The notes below the pieces were generated by a model. It did no database searches, was not told the DNA's origin, and worked only from the letters and a program-made list of their open reading frames with translations. A stretch of 64,000 bases of DNA, from NCBI RefSeq assembly GCF_032444005.1, contig NC_091283.1:539338001-539402000 (forward strand), given 5' to 3'. Every line of letters starts with the position of its first letter. Within the stretch, counting starts at the first letter, position 1. This DNA is from Ranitomeya imitator (lineage: Eukaryota). Below, piece by piece: positions 10,616 through 23,036 of this stretch. Both the position numbers and the translations under genes were made by a program.

Positions 10616-11822
10616 GATGGGGCACTAGTACTACTAGATGGGGCACTAGTTAATGGGGGAATTCACATTGTGGTTAAGATAGCAAATAGTTAATTGTAGG
10701 AGGGGCACGGTGGGATAAGTTAGTAAGGTCTCCTCACCAGTTCAGATGGGGGCCGGGGCGCCCGTGTGGTACACAGGGCTGGCTAGCCCAGGGCAACCCC
10801 CGAGCCCATAACGTTTGTCAGAAGAGTGGGCCCAGCAGTCAGTATCCAGGGGGCCAGCGTACAGAACGAAACACAGCAACACCAGAGGTAGCGGTGCAGT
10901 ATAAGTGGGACTGCAGTGCTACGGGAAGAAGGCTAAGCAGTACGGGAGCAAAGTATCCAAGATGTGGCAGATTTTTTGCGTGGGCCGCTATTCTAAGGAC
11001 CGGGGTGAAACGGCAGAGAATACCCCCATGAGAAGCAGAAATTCTGGGCATTGAGGACACTGAGGGACCGGAGGAAATGAACTGTCCTGGTGACAGGCTT
11101 ATCGACAGAGAGAAGAGGCAAGGGAAAGCGTTGCCAATTGTTATGAATGACTGTGCCCTGGATAATGCTGAGTTAAGTAAAGAAGTTGAAGTTAAAGTGA
11201 AGCCGGACTGTGACTCTTTAATTGCGGATCTGTCTGTAGGGAATACACTGAGGTACTCAGAGAAGAAATCATGATCTGGAAGGGTGCTAGGGGGTGATAT
11301 AGGGGTTACTGAAGAAATCATGATCTTGTGCTGGAAGGTTGCTAGGGGGTGATACAGGGGTTACTGTCAGCCATGACAGCAGCCCTGGCCTTGGCTTCCT
11401 ACATGAACATAGCCCGAGGTGTGGAGGAGCATTTTTGTTTTTGGTTATTTATTTTGCCTTATATACAAGTCATTACCCTGGAAAGGATGTTCCTTTACAT
11501 ATTTTCCAATAAAATCCATTTTGGCATCGTTTTTGTATGTTTTTTTGTGAGTCTGTAAAAGTGGCGTATGATTCTGACAACATTGTGCACAGCAGTGACC
11601 TGGGAGTCAGAAATGCTTCCTCATGCTGTTCCCCTGTCATTTGAGCACTGTTCCCATTGATTTCCGCAATTTCTAGTCCCTCTGCAGACCACCGAGACCT
11701 CCGGAAAATATGCTCAGGTTTCACATAGACTTACATTGGGCTCGTTGGTCGGGTCGAGCACCCGAGCATTCCAATTTGCTTGACAACGAGCACCTGAGCA
11801 TTTTAGTGCTCACCCATCACTA

Positions 11823-12070
11823 CTGAAACAAATTCCACCTACAGAGTATTTTTCCACATTTATCTCACAGAAGCTGACAACAAATTTCACCCACAGAGCA
11901 TCTTTCTACATTTCCCTGAGAAAGCTGATTAAAAATTTCACACCCTGACAATGGGGCACATTACCCCCAAAGCCCCAAAATGTGTGCTCCAGAAGGCTTG
12001 CTTGGGGCAGATTACCCCTACAGAAGCAGCTAACAAATTTCACCCACAGAGCCAAACTTTTATCTTCAGT
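11823..12070. repeat. Subterminal repeat block of a second DNA transposon (probably hAT)
   Basis: CACAGAAGCT...AAATTTCACCCACAGAGC motifs, also at 23520-23660. Confidence 0.5.
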
Positions 12071-12079
12071 GGAGTACAG

Positions 12080-15000
12080 GCCGGAGCGAGCCACCCCCTC
12101 CCCCCTCATGTGGCGAAGGCAAAGGCCAGCATGACAGGGGGTTTGAGGAGGGTGGAAATATTTTTAGTGGGTGTGGAATATTCATAAAGTGGGTTTTATA
12201 GGGCAAGGTGTGGGTGGGGTTTTGCCAGTTCCTGCTATGGAGGCTTACTAAGCAGTCCCCCCTCCTATCTCTCCGCTTACCGAGATGGGATCCATTGAGC
12301 AGGTGCAGGAGAGGCTGCGGGTGGCTGCTGAAAATCAGCCACCCGGCTGGCTGGAGTCCAAGTTGTCCAGAATCATCGGTGGAGGCAGTGGGGATATCCC
12401 AGCAGTCACTGCAGCGAGCGACGCTCCTAGTGCGTTTGGCCTCCTGAGCGCTTGTCCCCTGCTTTGCCTCACAGGTCCCAGCACCGGTGCAGGAGCCCCT
12501 TTGGGGACCCACTGGGCTGGGTGCCTGCCCGCAAATGCCAAAGCAGGCCCCAGTCGGGAAGGAATCCAGCTAGCCGGGCTGGGGTCTGCGGCGGTTGACA
12601 GGCCTTCTCCCCTGTTGCTTCCAGGGTCGGAGCCTTCGCGTGCCGGATCCTCAACAGCACCACATGACATCGCAACGGGTCGCAGTGGTGATGTCCCGGC
12701 CAGGTGACCCGCCTCTTCCTCTGGATGCAGATATCGGGGGAGAAGTTTTTAAGATGCAGCGACAGGCAGTGTCCTAGGGGATTCGGGGCTACTGGACCTG
12801 CCGGCGGACCAGGGATCATCTTCACTGTCCTCCGGCAGGGCAGGAGTAGATCTTCCACAGGGATCGCCTGGGAGCAGAGTGGGTGGTGGGCTTGTTCCCA
12901 GGGGGCTACCCTCTCAGGCCACACCTGCTGGCGTTGGATCCACAACTGAGAGGCATGTCGGGGCCATGGCATCAGGATCATCTTCTGGAGGCAGACTTCA
13001 GGTGCTGGAGGGTCCATGGATCAGATCAGGGAGAATGGACGGCTGGAGGAGCACGATGTCTGTGGCTGGGGGGATCACAGCTCCTCCACAGCCTGGCAGC
13101 ATGAGTCTATGTCCTGTATATTGCCGGCATTTTGAGAGATATTGTGCAATGTGCGGGAGTTGCTGATGCGTTTAGGAGGTGTTAGGTCAGTGTCGTCTCA
13201 TTTGGTGGCATGTCTGGGTCCTTAGGAGTTAGGTCACAGTTCGACAGGCATAGGTTCTGTGGCGCCTAGCAGGGCATCTGAGCCTGGAGTCAGTGTCTGT
13301 GCAGACTGAAAAAGCGAAGGAATGTGGGATACATTTGGATGATAGGGCACGTGGCGAGGTTTACGTTTGTTTTGAGCAACCGTTGGGGGCTCATCTGAAG
13401 AAGGAGGTGCGTGAGAAAATTTAGAAGGATGAGTATGTAGAGATCTTTTCTTAATCTGGATAAGAGTAAAAAGAAGGATAGTAAAAAAGAAGGAGGAGGA
13501 AAAACGGAGATGGCACCAAATCCCTCAGACTTTTGTGAATTGGCTGCAGACGTTTGCGATTTTGGCGAGTGTATAGGCGAAAAGGCTCCGGAGAATTGCT
13601 CCGCCTTGTTTTGCTATATGGATTCCATAGGGGAGGCGCATAGGGCCTATGGGGGTCAAGCATGGCTCCGTTATGGTGAGCATTTTAGGCAGCGGAAAGC
13701 AGTTTGTCCAGAGATTTGGTGGGATCAAAAAGACATAGGTTTGTGGTTGCAGGTTATGGCGCCAATGAAGTTTGGTCATTCCTTTCAAAGCGGAGCCGGA
13801 GTTTCTGGCCAGTCCACATCCCAAGGAAGAACATCAGGGACCGAGGGTCAGTCAGGATATACAGGAAGTCAAAAACACTGTGTATGCTGGCATTTTAACG
13901 AAGGCCAGTGTAAGTTCGAGACCACTGCAATGGTTCTTCCCATAGCGATGCCAGGTGTTTTAAGAAAAACAAAGGACAGTCAGAGAATAATAATTCAAAA
14001 GGGGGCGACACCAGTGAGGCTGGACACGATGGTCCCCTATCTAAATAGATTCCCGGATAAGGATAAGGCAGAACTGTTGTTACTGGGTTTCCGTGATGAT
14101 TTTAGAATCCCTGAGCCTCATTTTGAAATCCATCAGCTTTTGAAGAACCTTAGGTCAGCTGAGTTATATGCTGATGTTGTTACCGAAAAGTTAAATAAAG
14201 AGGTTTCTTTAGGAAGGATGTCCGGACCTTTTAAGGTTCCTCCGTTGGCAGATTTGGTAGTATCGCCCTTGGGTGTGGTTCTGAAAAAAGAACCAAATAA
14301 GTTCAGGCTTATTCAGCATTTGTCTTATCCTCGGGGGAGGTCTGTGAATGATGGGATAGCCCTGGAGCTTTGCTCCGTTGTTTATACATCATTTGATGAG
14401 GCGGCGTGTTGGGTGCGTAGTTGCGGCAGGGGCACGTTGTTGGCAAAAACCGATATTGAGTCCGCTTTTCGTTTGTTACCGGTTCACCCTGAGAGTGTGA
14501 GGTTGTTGGGTTGTTATTGGGGAGGGGAGTTTTATGTTGACAGATGTTTGCAAATGGGTTGCTCGTTGTCTTGCACGTTTTTTGAGGTGTTTAGTTCCTT
14601 TATCGAAAGGGTGGTTCGTGATGTGTCGGGCTTTGATTCCTTGACACATTAGTTGGATGACTTTTTGTGCATTGGGTCGGGTCAGTCCAGGTTCTGCAAA
14701 GTTATTTTGAGGATGGTTGTCTGGGTGGCGGAGCGTTTTGGTGTCCCGTTGGCGCCGGGTAAAACAGAGGGGATATGCACGAGTCTCTCATTCCTGGGCA
14801 TTGTTATTGACTCGGTCAGTTGGGAGTTCAGGTTGCCTGAGGAGAAGGTGGTAGCTCTGAGAGAGGAAGTAGCACGGGCAAGACGCTTGAAGAAGCTGTC
14901 ACTGCGTGAAGTTCAGTCACTTCTTGGAAAACTGAATTTTGCTGGTAGGATCATCCCAATGGTGGTGTTGGCTTTTGGGCTTATTTCAGAGGCCAGTCGT

Positions 15001-15410
15001 GCGCCACTGCGTGGCCTGAGGAATGGTTTGCTGTGGGGTTGGTGAGGAATATAACATTGCTGGAGATTTTTCCCATTCTGGTGGCGGTAAATTTGTGGAG
15101 AGATGATTTTCAGAAGAAGCGGGTTCGCTTAAACTGTGACTATATGGCTGTTGTGTGTGCGATCAATAGTTTGACGACATCTTCGCCTCCGGTGATTCGG
15201 GTTCTTTGGCATTTGGTGTTGTTTTGCTTGTCAATAAATTCATATATTACAGCTTCTCACGTGCCAGGAGTGAAGAATTCCATTGCTGATTCCTTGTCTC
15301 ATTTCCAGTGGGAGCGTTTCTGGTCGATGACTCCAGATGCAGAGGAACGGGGTTTGGAGTGCTCGGCAGAGCGTTGCAGCATGGTCTCTGGGTTGCAGAA
15401 CCTTTGATCC
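12080..15410 (+). mobile_element. DIRS-order (Ngaro-like) retrotransposon remnant, tyrosine recombinase absent
   Basis: ORF1-like region with CWHFNEGQCKF, followed by DIRS-type RT and RNase H. Confidence 0.75.
13510..15407 (+). pseudogene. DIRS-type ORF1 end, RT and RNase H
   Basis: KFRLIQHLSYP, AKTDIESAFRLLPVHP, YVDRCLQMGCS; H*LDDFL (stop in the YLDD codon at 14650-14652); LLEIFPILVAVNLW...HVPGVKNSIADSLS. Confidence 0.85.
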
Positions 15411-16500
15411 GGTTTCCATTGAAATAATTTGTGTTTAAAGCAGGCAACCACTCCTGAATACTTCAGCTAGGGATAATGGAATTGTACTGGTACTCTGTTT
15501 CTATGGCTAGGTTCACATTTGCATTCAGGAGGGCTGCAGATGGCTCAATACTCCTTCCCTTCTTCTTCCTCCCTGAAGATCCGCCTATGCTCCGCCTACT
15601 GCTGTATGCCTCCTGCGTTTCCCTGCTTACCTAGCTTTAACACTGGATACGCAGGGACATGCGTTGTATGCAGATGCGTCCGCATGTGGCGATTTGACGG
15701 GTGCGGCGATCGCACGAAATCGTAGCCATCCACAGCCCTCCTGAACGCAAATGTGAAACCAGCCTATTTTCCTCTTTGTTTGAACTGGGGCCATGATTAA
15801 GAGGGGACCCGGTGGATCACAAACTGAAAGAGTTGGATGCACTTTCAGCAAACCAATCTCAAACCGCCACCAGGCTGAGTTTCAGAGTACACATGGCTAA
15901 TGGAGAATCAGGGTTTGATTTTGGAAAGACAGTTTGAGAAATGTGCACCACATCCAAGGAAGGCAGCAAATTAGCCACTTCTCAACTGAGTCAGCAGTTG
16001 ATATTACGAGACAGAATAGCCATCCATGACAGTTTTGAGGCTCTCTAGTTGCAATGAGTAGTTAAATTCTTTAATGCGCATTAGGCCACCGACACAAAAA
16101 GAGGACTTGAATATCCTCCAAAAAAATAGAAAAAAGTCACAGAGAAAAATGCAGAGATGTTTTACCTGCTGAGGCCTCCAACTGAATGCACTAGCAGGGT
16201 GCGGCGGACACGATCAATGATGGCAAATACACAGGTGCAAAAAATGCCGATGAAACAGCCAGTGTCAATCCAGTGTTGGCTGTTTTGCATTAGTGCACAA
16301 AAAAATAAGTCTGTATATGGCAATATTCACACAAGCAATGCAAGGCATCTGGTTTATGGCCTATTACTGACGCAGATATATGCGGGCCGCCCAGTGCTAC
16401 CTAATGCATGCTATGTGAACAGAGGCCAACAGTTTACAGAACCATCTTGGTCCGCCCGCAACCTGCAAGATAAAGTGCAAAAAAAACAACATATCAATGT

Positions 16501-16577
16501 ATGCAAGGTATTAGTTTGTATTGGGGCCTCAATACGTAAGCTGGCAACCCACGACAAGGGTCCTTACATTTTGCCAT
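16501..16577 (-). ncRNA. HDV/CPEB3-like ribozyme fold (contiguous copy)
   Basis: P1 ATGGCAA/TTGCCAG; P2 ATGTAAGG/CCTTGCAT; P3 CCC/GGG; L3 TTGTCGT; P4 GTATTG/CAATAC; J4/2 CTAA. Order matches the HDV topology. Position +1 is not the usual G. Confidence 0.65.
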
Positions 16578-16589
16578 TCCTAACGCTAA

Positions 16590-18642
16590 TCTAATATATA
16601 AAGCTGAATGTGTGTGTGTGTGTGTGTGTATGTCCGGGATTGGCATCTGCACCGTCGCAGCTACAGCCACAAAATTTTGCACAGTCACACGTCTGGACCC
16701 CGAGAGCGTCATAGGCTATATTGTGAGGCGAAATTTTAACCCCGCACGTCACACGGGGATATGAACACACACACAAAATGCGCCACACACTACCACGTGC
16801 TTGAACACATATACCACCCTCAGCACACATTTCACCACACATACACCAACCTCGCCACATAAAAGTCGAAACACAAAAGTCGCCGCTCAAAACTCGCCAC
16901 ATGCAAAACTCGCCACATGCAAAAACTAGGCTCACGCAAAACTCGCCACAAGTGCAAAACTCACCTCATGGAAAACTCGCCACACGCAAAACTTGCACAC
17001 GCGGAAAAATTGCCACATGCACAAAATTTGCAACACATGCAAAAGTTGCCTCGCACAAAACTTGCACATACTCAAAAGGCACCACACATAAAACTCGCCA
17101 CGCGCAAAACTCGCCATGCGCAAAACTTGCTCCACACAACTTGCTACACTAACCTGTCACATGCAACTCAACACACAAAAAGTTGCTATACGCATGTTCC
17201 CACACAAAACTCATCTCACAAAAGTCGCTACATGCATGTCGCCACACACAACTCAACACACACAACTTGACAAATGAAACTCGCCCTAAAACACACACAA
17301 GTCTGGTATTATCCTTCAAAAATAAAAATCTGATTAATAAGCAGACAAACTACAAGAGCAACAAATGTACCATATAGGAAATACGGCAGCTGTCAGTCAC
17401 ATGACCTGTCTATTATGTGTATGTGTGAGCTAATATATACTGCCAGGGGGAGGGCTTCCTGTTGGCTGGGGATTTATCAGGCTGCCAATTTATCTTACAA
17501 ATACTGAGGTAAAAATACTGAGCAAATAACGTGTGAATGAGGTCTAATACAGGAGATCACACAGGTATATACTATATACAGGGGAGATGACACACAGGTA
17601 TATACTATATAGAGGAGGAGATGACATACAGGTACATACTATATACAGGAGGAGACGACATACAGGTATATACTATATACAGGAGGAGATGACACACAGG
17701 TATATACTATATACAGGAGCAGATTACCTACAGGTATATACTATATACAGGAGGAGATGACACACAGGTATATACTATATACAGGAGAAGATTACCTACA
17801 GGTATATACTATATACAGGAGGAGATGACACACAGGTATATACTATATACAGGAGCAGATTACCTACAGGTATATACTATATACAGGAGGAGATGACACA
17901 CAGGTATATACTATATACAGGAGCAGATTACCTACAGGTATATACTATATACAGGAGGAGATGACATACAGGTATATGCTATATATAGAAGATGACATAC
18001 AGGTATATACTATATACAGGAGGAGATGACACACAGATATATACTATATACAGGGGAGATAACACACAGGTATATACTATATACAGGAGGAGATGACATA
18101 CAGGTATATACTATATATAGAAGATGACATACAGGTATATACTATATATAGGAGGAGATGACATACAGGTATATACTATATATAGGAGGAGATGACATAC
18201 AGGTATATACTATATACAGGGGAGATGACACACAGCAGGTATATACTATATACAGGGGAGATGACATACAGGTATATACAGGAGATGAAATACAGGTGTA
18301 TACTATATATAAGGGAGATGACAAACATGTATATACTGAGGTGAAAATGAGAGGTGTGAGGTGAAAATGAAAAGGTGTGAGTGCAAAATGAGAGGAGTGA
18401 GGGAAAATAGTGGAGTGATCGGAAAATGACAGATGTGAGGTCGAAATGACAAGTGTTAGGGGGGAATGAGAGGAGTGAGGGAGAAAATGAGAGGTGTGAG
18501 GGAGAAAATGAGAGATGTGAGGGGGAAAATTAAAGATGTGATTGGGAAAATGAGAGGCGTGATGGGAAAATAAGAGAAGTGAGGTGCTATAACTAACCAC
18601 AGATATTTACTATGCCCAGGCAACGCCGGGCTCTTCAGCTAG
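16590..18642 (+). mobile_element. Non-autonomous Helitron
   Basis: 5' TC; 3' hairpin GCCCAGGCAACGCCGGGC then CTAG. Inserted between A and T with no TSD; the empty site CGCTAA/TCCTAGAAT is visible in the sister repeat at 19236-19250. Confidence 0.92.
17560..18590. repeat. Minisatellites inside the Helitron (~31-34 bp, then ~20 bp units)
   Basis: ACAGGAGGAGATGACATACAGGTATATACTATAT array to ~18330, then GAAAATGAGAGGTGTGAGGG array. A further AAAACTCGCCAC array lies at ~16880-17270. Confidence 0.93.
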
Positions 18643-19290
18643 TCCTAGAATAAAAGCTCACCGACACAAAAAGAGGACTTGAATATCCTCCAAAAAATAG
18701 AAAAAAGTCACAGAGAAAAATGCAGAGATGTTTTACCTGCTGAGGCCTCCAACTGAACCCTTGTCGTGGGTTGCCAGCTTACGTATTGAGGCCCCAATAC
18801 AAACTAATACCTTGCATAGATTGATATGTTGTTTTTTTGCACTTTATCTTGCAGGGTGCGGGCGTACCAAGATGGTTCTGTAAACTGTTGGCCTCTGTTC
18901 ACATAGCATGCATTAGGTGGCACTGGACGGCCCGCATATATCTGTGTCAGTAATAGGCCGTAAACCAGATGCCTTGCATTGCTTGTGTGAATATTGCCAT
19001 ATACAGACTTATTTTTTGTGCACTAATGCAAAACAGCCAACACTGGATTGACACTGGCTGTTTCATCGGCATTTTTTGCACCTGTGTATTTGCCATCATT
19101 AATCGTGTCCGCCGCACCCTGCTAGCGCATTGAGTTGGAGGCCTCAGCAGGTAAAACATCTCTGCATTTTTCTCTGTGACTTTTTTCTATTTTTTGGAGG
19201 ATATTCAAGTCCTCTTTTTGTGTTGGTGAGCTTTTATTCTAGGATTAGCGTTAGGACTGGCAAAATGTAAGGACCCTTGTCGTGGGTTGC

Positions 19291-22200
19291 TGGTATGACC
19301 TGGTGGTTAAGAGGCCACACTGAAATGATCTGGTGGCTAAAACGCAACATGGAACGAGCTCTGAGAAGGTGGTATCTCTACTGACCGCAGTCCCTAATCC
19401 TAACAACACAACTAGAAATAGCCGTGGGATGTTCCTGACACTCCCTAGACACCTCGTCACAGCCTCAGATATAACTACCCCTAAAGAAGGAAATAGAAAG
19501 CTATCTTGCCTCAGAGAAACCCCGAAAAGGAAAGACAGCCCCCCACAAATATTGACTGTGAAAGGAGAGGGAAATGACGAACACAGAAATGAAATTAGAT
19601 TTCAGCAAAGGGAGGCCAAAACTAAACTAGATAGACAGAGAGCAAAGGATACTGTGCGGTCAGTATTAAAAACTACAAAATCCACGCAGAGTTTACAAAA
19701 ATGAACTCCACACCGACTCACGGTGTGGAGGGGCAAATCTGCTTTCCCAGAGCTTCCAGCTAGCCTGAATAAGACATAGTGACAAGCTGGACAAAAGAGA
19801 CAAAATGCAAAGCAATAGAGTCCAAGCAAATGGACAAACAAAACTAGCAAAACTTATCTTTTGCAGACCAGGACTGGCCATATGAGAAATCCAAGGGAAG
19901 AATCAAATCCAACCAAGAACATTGACAGCAGGCATGGACTAAGACCAATTCACCACATCAGCGCCCTTCCTCGTCAAATCGGTCAGAGGCTTCACCACAC
20001 TAGAAAAATTAGCAATAAGACGACGATAAAAATTGGCAAAGCCCAAAAATTTCTGAAGGCTCTTTACAGATGTAGGTTGAGTCCAATCATGAATGGCCTG
20101 GACTTTAACAGGGTCCATTTCAATAGCCGAGGGAGAAAAAATGAAACCCAAAAAAGAAACCCTCTGAACTCCAAAGAGGCACTTAGACCCCTTCACAAAC
20201 AACACATTAGTACGAAGAACCTGAAACACCATCCTAGCCTGCTTCACATGAGACTCCCAATCATCGGAGAAAACCAAAATATCATCCAAATACACAATCA
20301 TAAATTTATCCAGATAATTCCGGAAGATATCATGCATAAAGGACTGAAATACCAATGGAGCATTAGAGAGCCCGAATGGCATTACAAGATATTCAAAATG
20401 GCCTTCAGGCGTATTAAATGCTGTTTTCCATTCATCACCTTGTTTAATACGCACGAGATTATATGCCCCTCGGAGGTCGATTTTAGTAAACCAACTAGCA
20501 CACTTATTCCGAGCAAACAAATCAGAAAGCAAAGGTAACGGATACTGGAATTTGACAGTGATCTTATTGAGAAGGTGATAATCTATACAGGGTCTCAAGG
20601 AGCCATCCTTCTTGGCACCAAAAAAAATCCCGCTCCCAACGGTGACGAAGACGGACGAATATGCCCTTTCTCCAAGGACTCCTTTACATAACTCCACATA
20701 GCGGCATGCTCTGGCACAGACAGATTGAAAAGTCGGCCCTTAGGGAACTTACAGCCAGGAATCAAATTAATGGCACAATCGCAGTCCCTATGATGAGGCA
20801 GGGAACTGGACTTGGGCTCATCAAATACATCCTGGAAATCCGACAAAAACTCAGGAACTTCAGAAGAAGGGGACGAGGAAATGGACATCAAAGGAATATC
20901 ACTATGTATCCCCTGACAACCCCAACTAGTCACAGACATAGATCTCCAATCCAGCACTGGATTATGTTCCTGTAACCATGGAAAACCCAGCACAACAACA
21001 TCATGGAAATTATGCAACACCAAAAAACGAATATTTTCCTGATGTGCTGGAGCCATACACATGGTTAACTGTGTCCAGTACTGAGGTTTATACTTGGCCA
21101 ATGGCATAGCATCAATCCCCCTCAAGGGAATAGGACTCTGCAAAGGTTCCAAGGAAAAACCACAGCGCTTGGCAAATTCTAAGTCCATTAAGTTCAGGGC
21201 AGCGCCAGAATCCACAAATGCCATAACAGAAAAGGACGACAATGAGCAAATCAGGGTAACAGACAAGAGAAATTTAGGCTGCACAGTACTAATGGTAACA
21301 GACCTAGGGACCCTCCTAGTACACTTAGGGCAGTCAGAAATAGCATGAGCTGAATCACCACAGTAAAAACACAGGCCATTCTGACGTCTGAATTTCTGCC
21401 TTTCTGCTCTAGTCAAAATCCTATCACATTGCATAGGCTCAGGACTTTGCTCAGAGGACACTGTCATATGGTGCACCACCTTGCGCTCACGCAAGCGCCG
21501 ATCAATCTGAATAGCTAGAGACATAGATTCCCTCAAACCGGTAGGCGTAGGAAAGCCCACCATAACATCTTTAAGGGTTTCAGAAAGACCTTTTCTGAAA
21601 ATAGCAGCCAGCGCCTCTTCATTCCATTTAGTGAGCACAGACCATTTTCTAAATTTCTGGCAATATAACTCTGCCGCTTCTTGACCTTGACACAGGGCCA
21701 ACAGTGTTTTCTCAGCATGCTCTACAGAGTTAGGTTCGTCATACAACAATCCGAGCGCCTGAAAGAATGCATCTACATTCAATAATGCCGGATTCCCTGT
21801 TTCAAGAGCAAATGCCCAGTCTTGAGGATCACCACGCAGTAAGGATATGATGATTTTCACTTGCTGAATGGGATCACCAGAAGAACGGGGTTTCAAAGCA
21901 AAAAACAAGCTATTTTTAAAGTTCAAAAACTTGGATCTGTCCCCAAAAAACAAATCAGGAGTAGGAATTCTTGGCTCTAGAGCCGGAGTCTGAACAATAT
22001 AATCTTGGATACTCTGGACTCTTGCAGCAAGTTGATCCACACGAGAAAACAAACCCTGAACCTCCATACCAGAGCATATATCCAGCACCACCCAGATATC
22101 AAGAGGAAAAAGAAGACAGAACAGAGCACAGAAAAAAAAATGGTTCAGAACTCTTCTTTTTTCCTTCTTTTGAGATGCATTCAATTCATTCTTGGCCTGC

Positions 22201-23036
22201 TGTACTGTTATGACCTGGTGGTTAAGAGGCCACACTGAAGTGACCTGGTGGCTAAAACGCAACATGGAACGAGCTCTGAGAAGGTGGTATCTCTACTGAC
22301 CGCAGTCTATAATCCTAACAACACAACTAGAAATAGCCGTGGGATGTTCCTGACACTCCCTAGACACCTCGTCACAGCCTCAGATATAACTACCCCTAAA
22401 GAAGGAAATAGAAAGCTATCTTGCCTCAGAGAAACCCCCAAAAGGAAAGACAGCCCCCACAAATATTGACTGTGAAAGGAGAGGGAAATGACGAACACAG
22501 AAATGAAATTAGATTTCAGCAAAGGGAGGCCAAAACTAAACAAGATAGACAGAGAGCAAAGGATACTGTGCGGTCAGTATTAAAAACTACAAAATCCACG
22601 CAGAGTTTACAAAAATGAACTCCACACCGACTCACGGTGTGGAGGGGCAAATCTGCTTTCCCAGAGCTTCCAGCTAGCCTGAATAAGACATAGTGACAAG
22701 CTGGACAAAAGAGACAAAATGCAAAGCAATAGAGTCCAAGCAAATGGACAAACAAAACTAGCAAAACTTATCTTTTGCAGACCAGGACTGGCCATATGAG
22801 AAATCAAAGAAATCAAAGAATCAAATCCAACCAAGAACATTGACAGCAGGCATGGACTAAGGCCCAGAGCAGGTTTAAATAACAAACCCAGGCAAGGCGA
22901 TTAGTGAAGGCAGCTGCCACAGCTACCTAACGGAGCAGCAGTTCCACTTGAAACCACCAGAGGGAGCCCAAGGGCAGAACTCGCAAAAATACCATTAGCA
23001 ACCACGGGAGGGAGCTCCAGAACGGAACTCACAACT
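19291..23036 (-). mobile_element. Internally deleted Tf1/sushi-type LTR retrotransposon
   Basis: 5' LTR 22206-23036; gag-PR-RT joined at ~19943 to a 3' LTR lacking its first part; GGTTGC duplicated at 19285-19290 and 23037-23042. Confidence 0.93.
19939..22265 (-). pseudogene. Gag-protease-RT, frameshifted and truncated before RNase H/integrase
   Basis: ORFs 20595-22265 and 19939-20697 with [16 protein letters not shown] and YLDD. Confidence 0.92.

Larger units (their letters stand above)
8595..11822 (+). mobile_element. hAT 3' subterminal region and right terminus, with nested insertions
   Basis: Follows the transposase; repeated GGGGCATTGGAGTGCC...GCAGCCCTTGCATTCACTGCATAGG blocks; ends ...GTGCTCACCCATCACTA (TAGTGATG-type TIR). 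Confidence 0.7.

Noticed and set aside
10125-10653. Several overlapping Cys/Val/Tyr-rich ORFs
   Set aside because: Translation of a TG/TA low-complexity tract.
15780-16070. Possible host exon (frame reading DPVDHKLKELDALS...)
   Set aside because: Short, stop-bounded, no recognisable domain or convincing splice pair.
16240-16290. Hammerhead in the 516-bp unit (CCGATGA plus hairpin)
   Set aside because: The stem is not followed by GAAA or a stem I partner.
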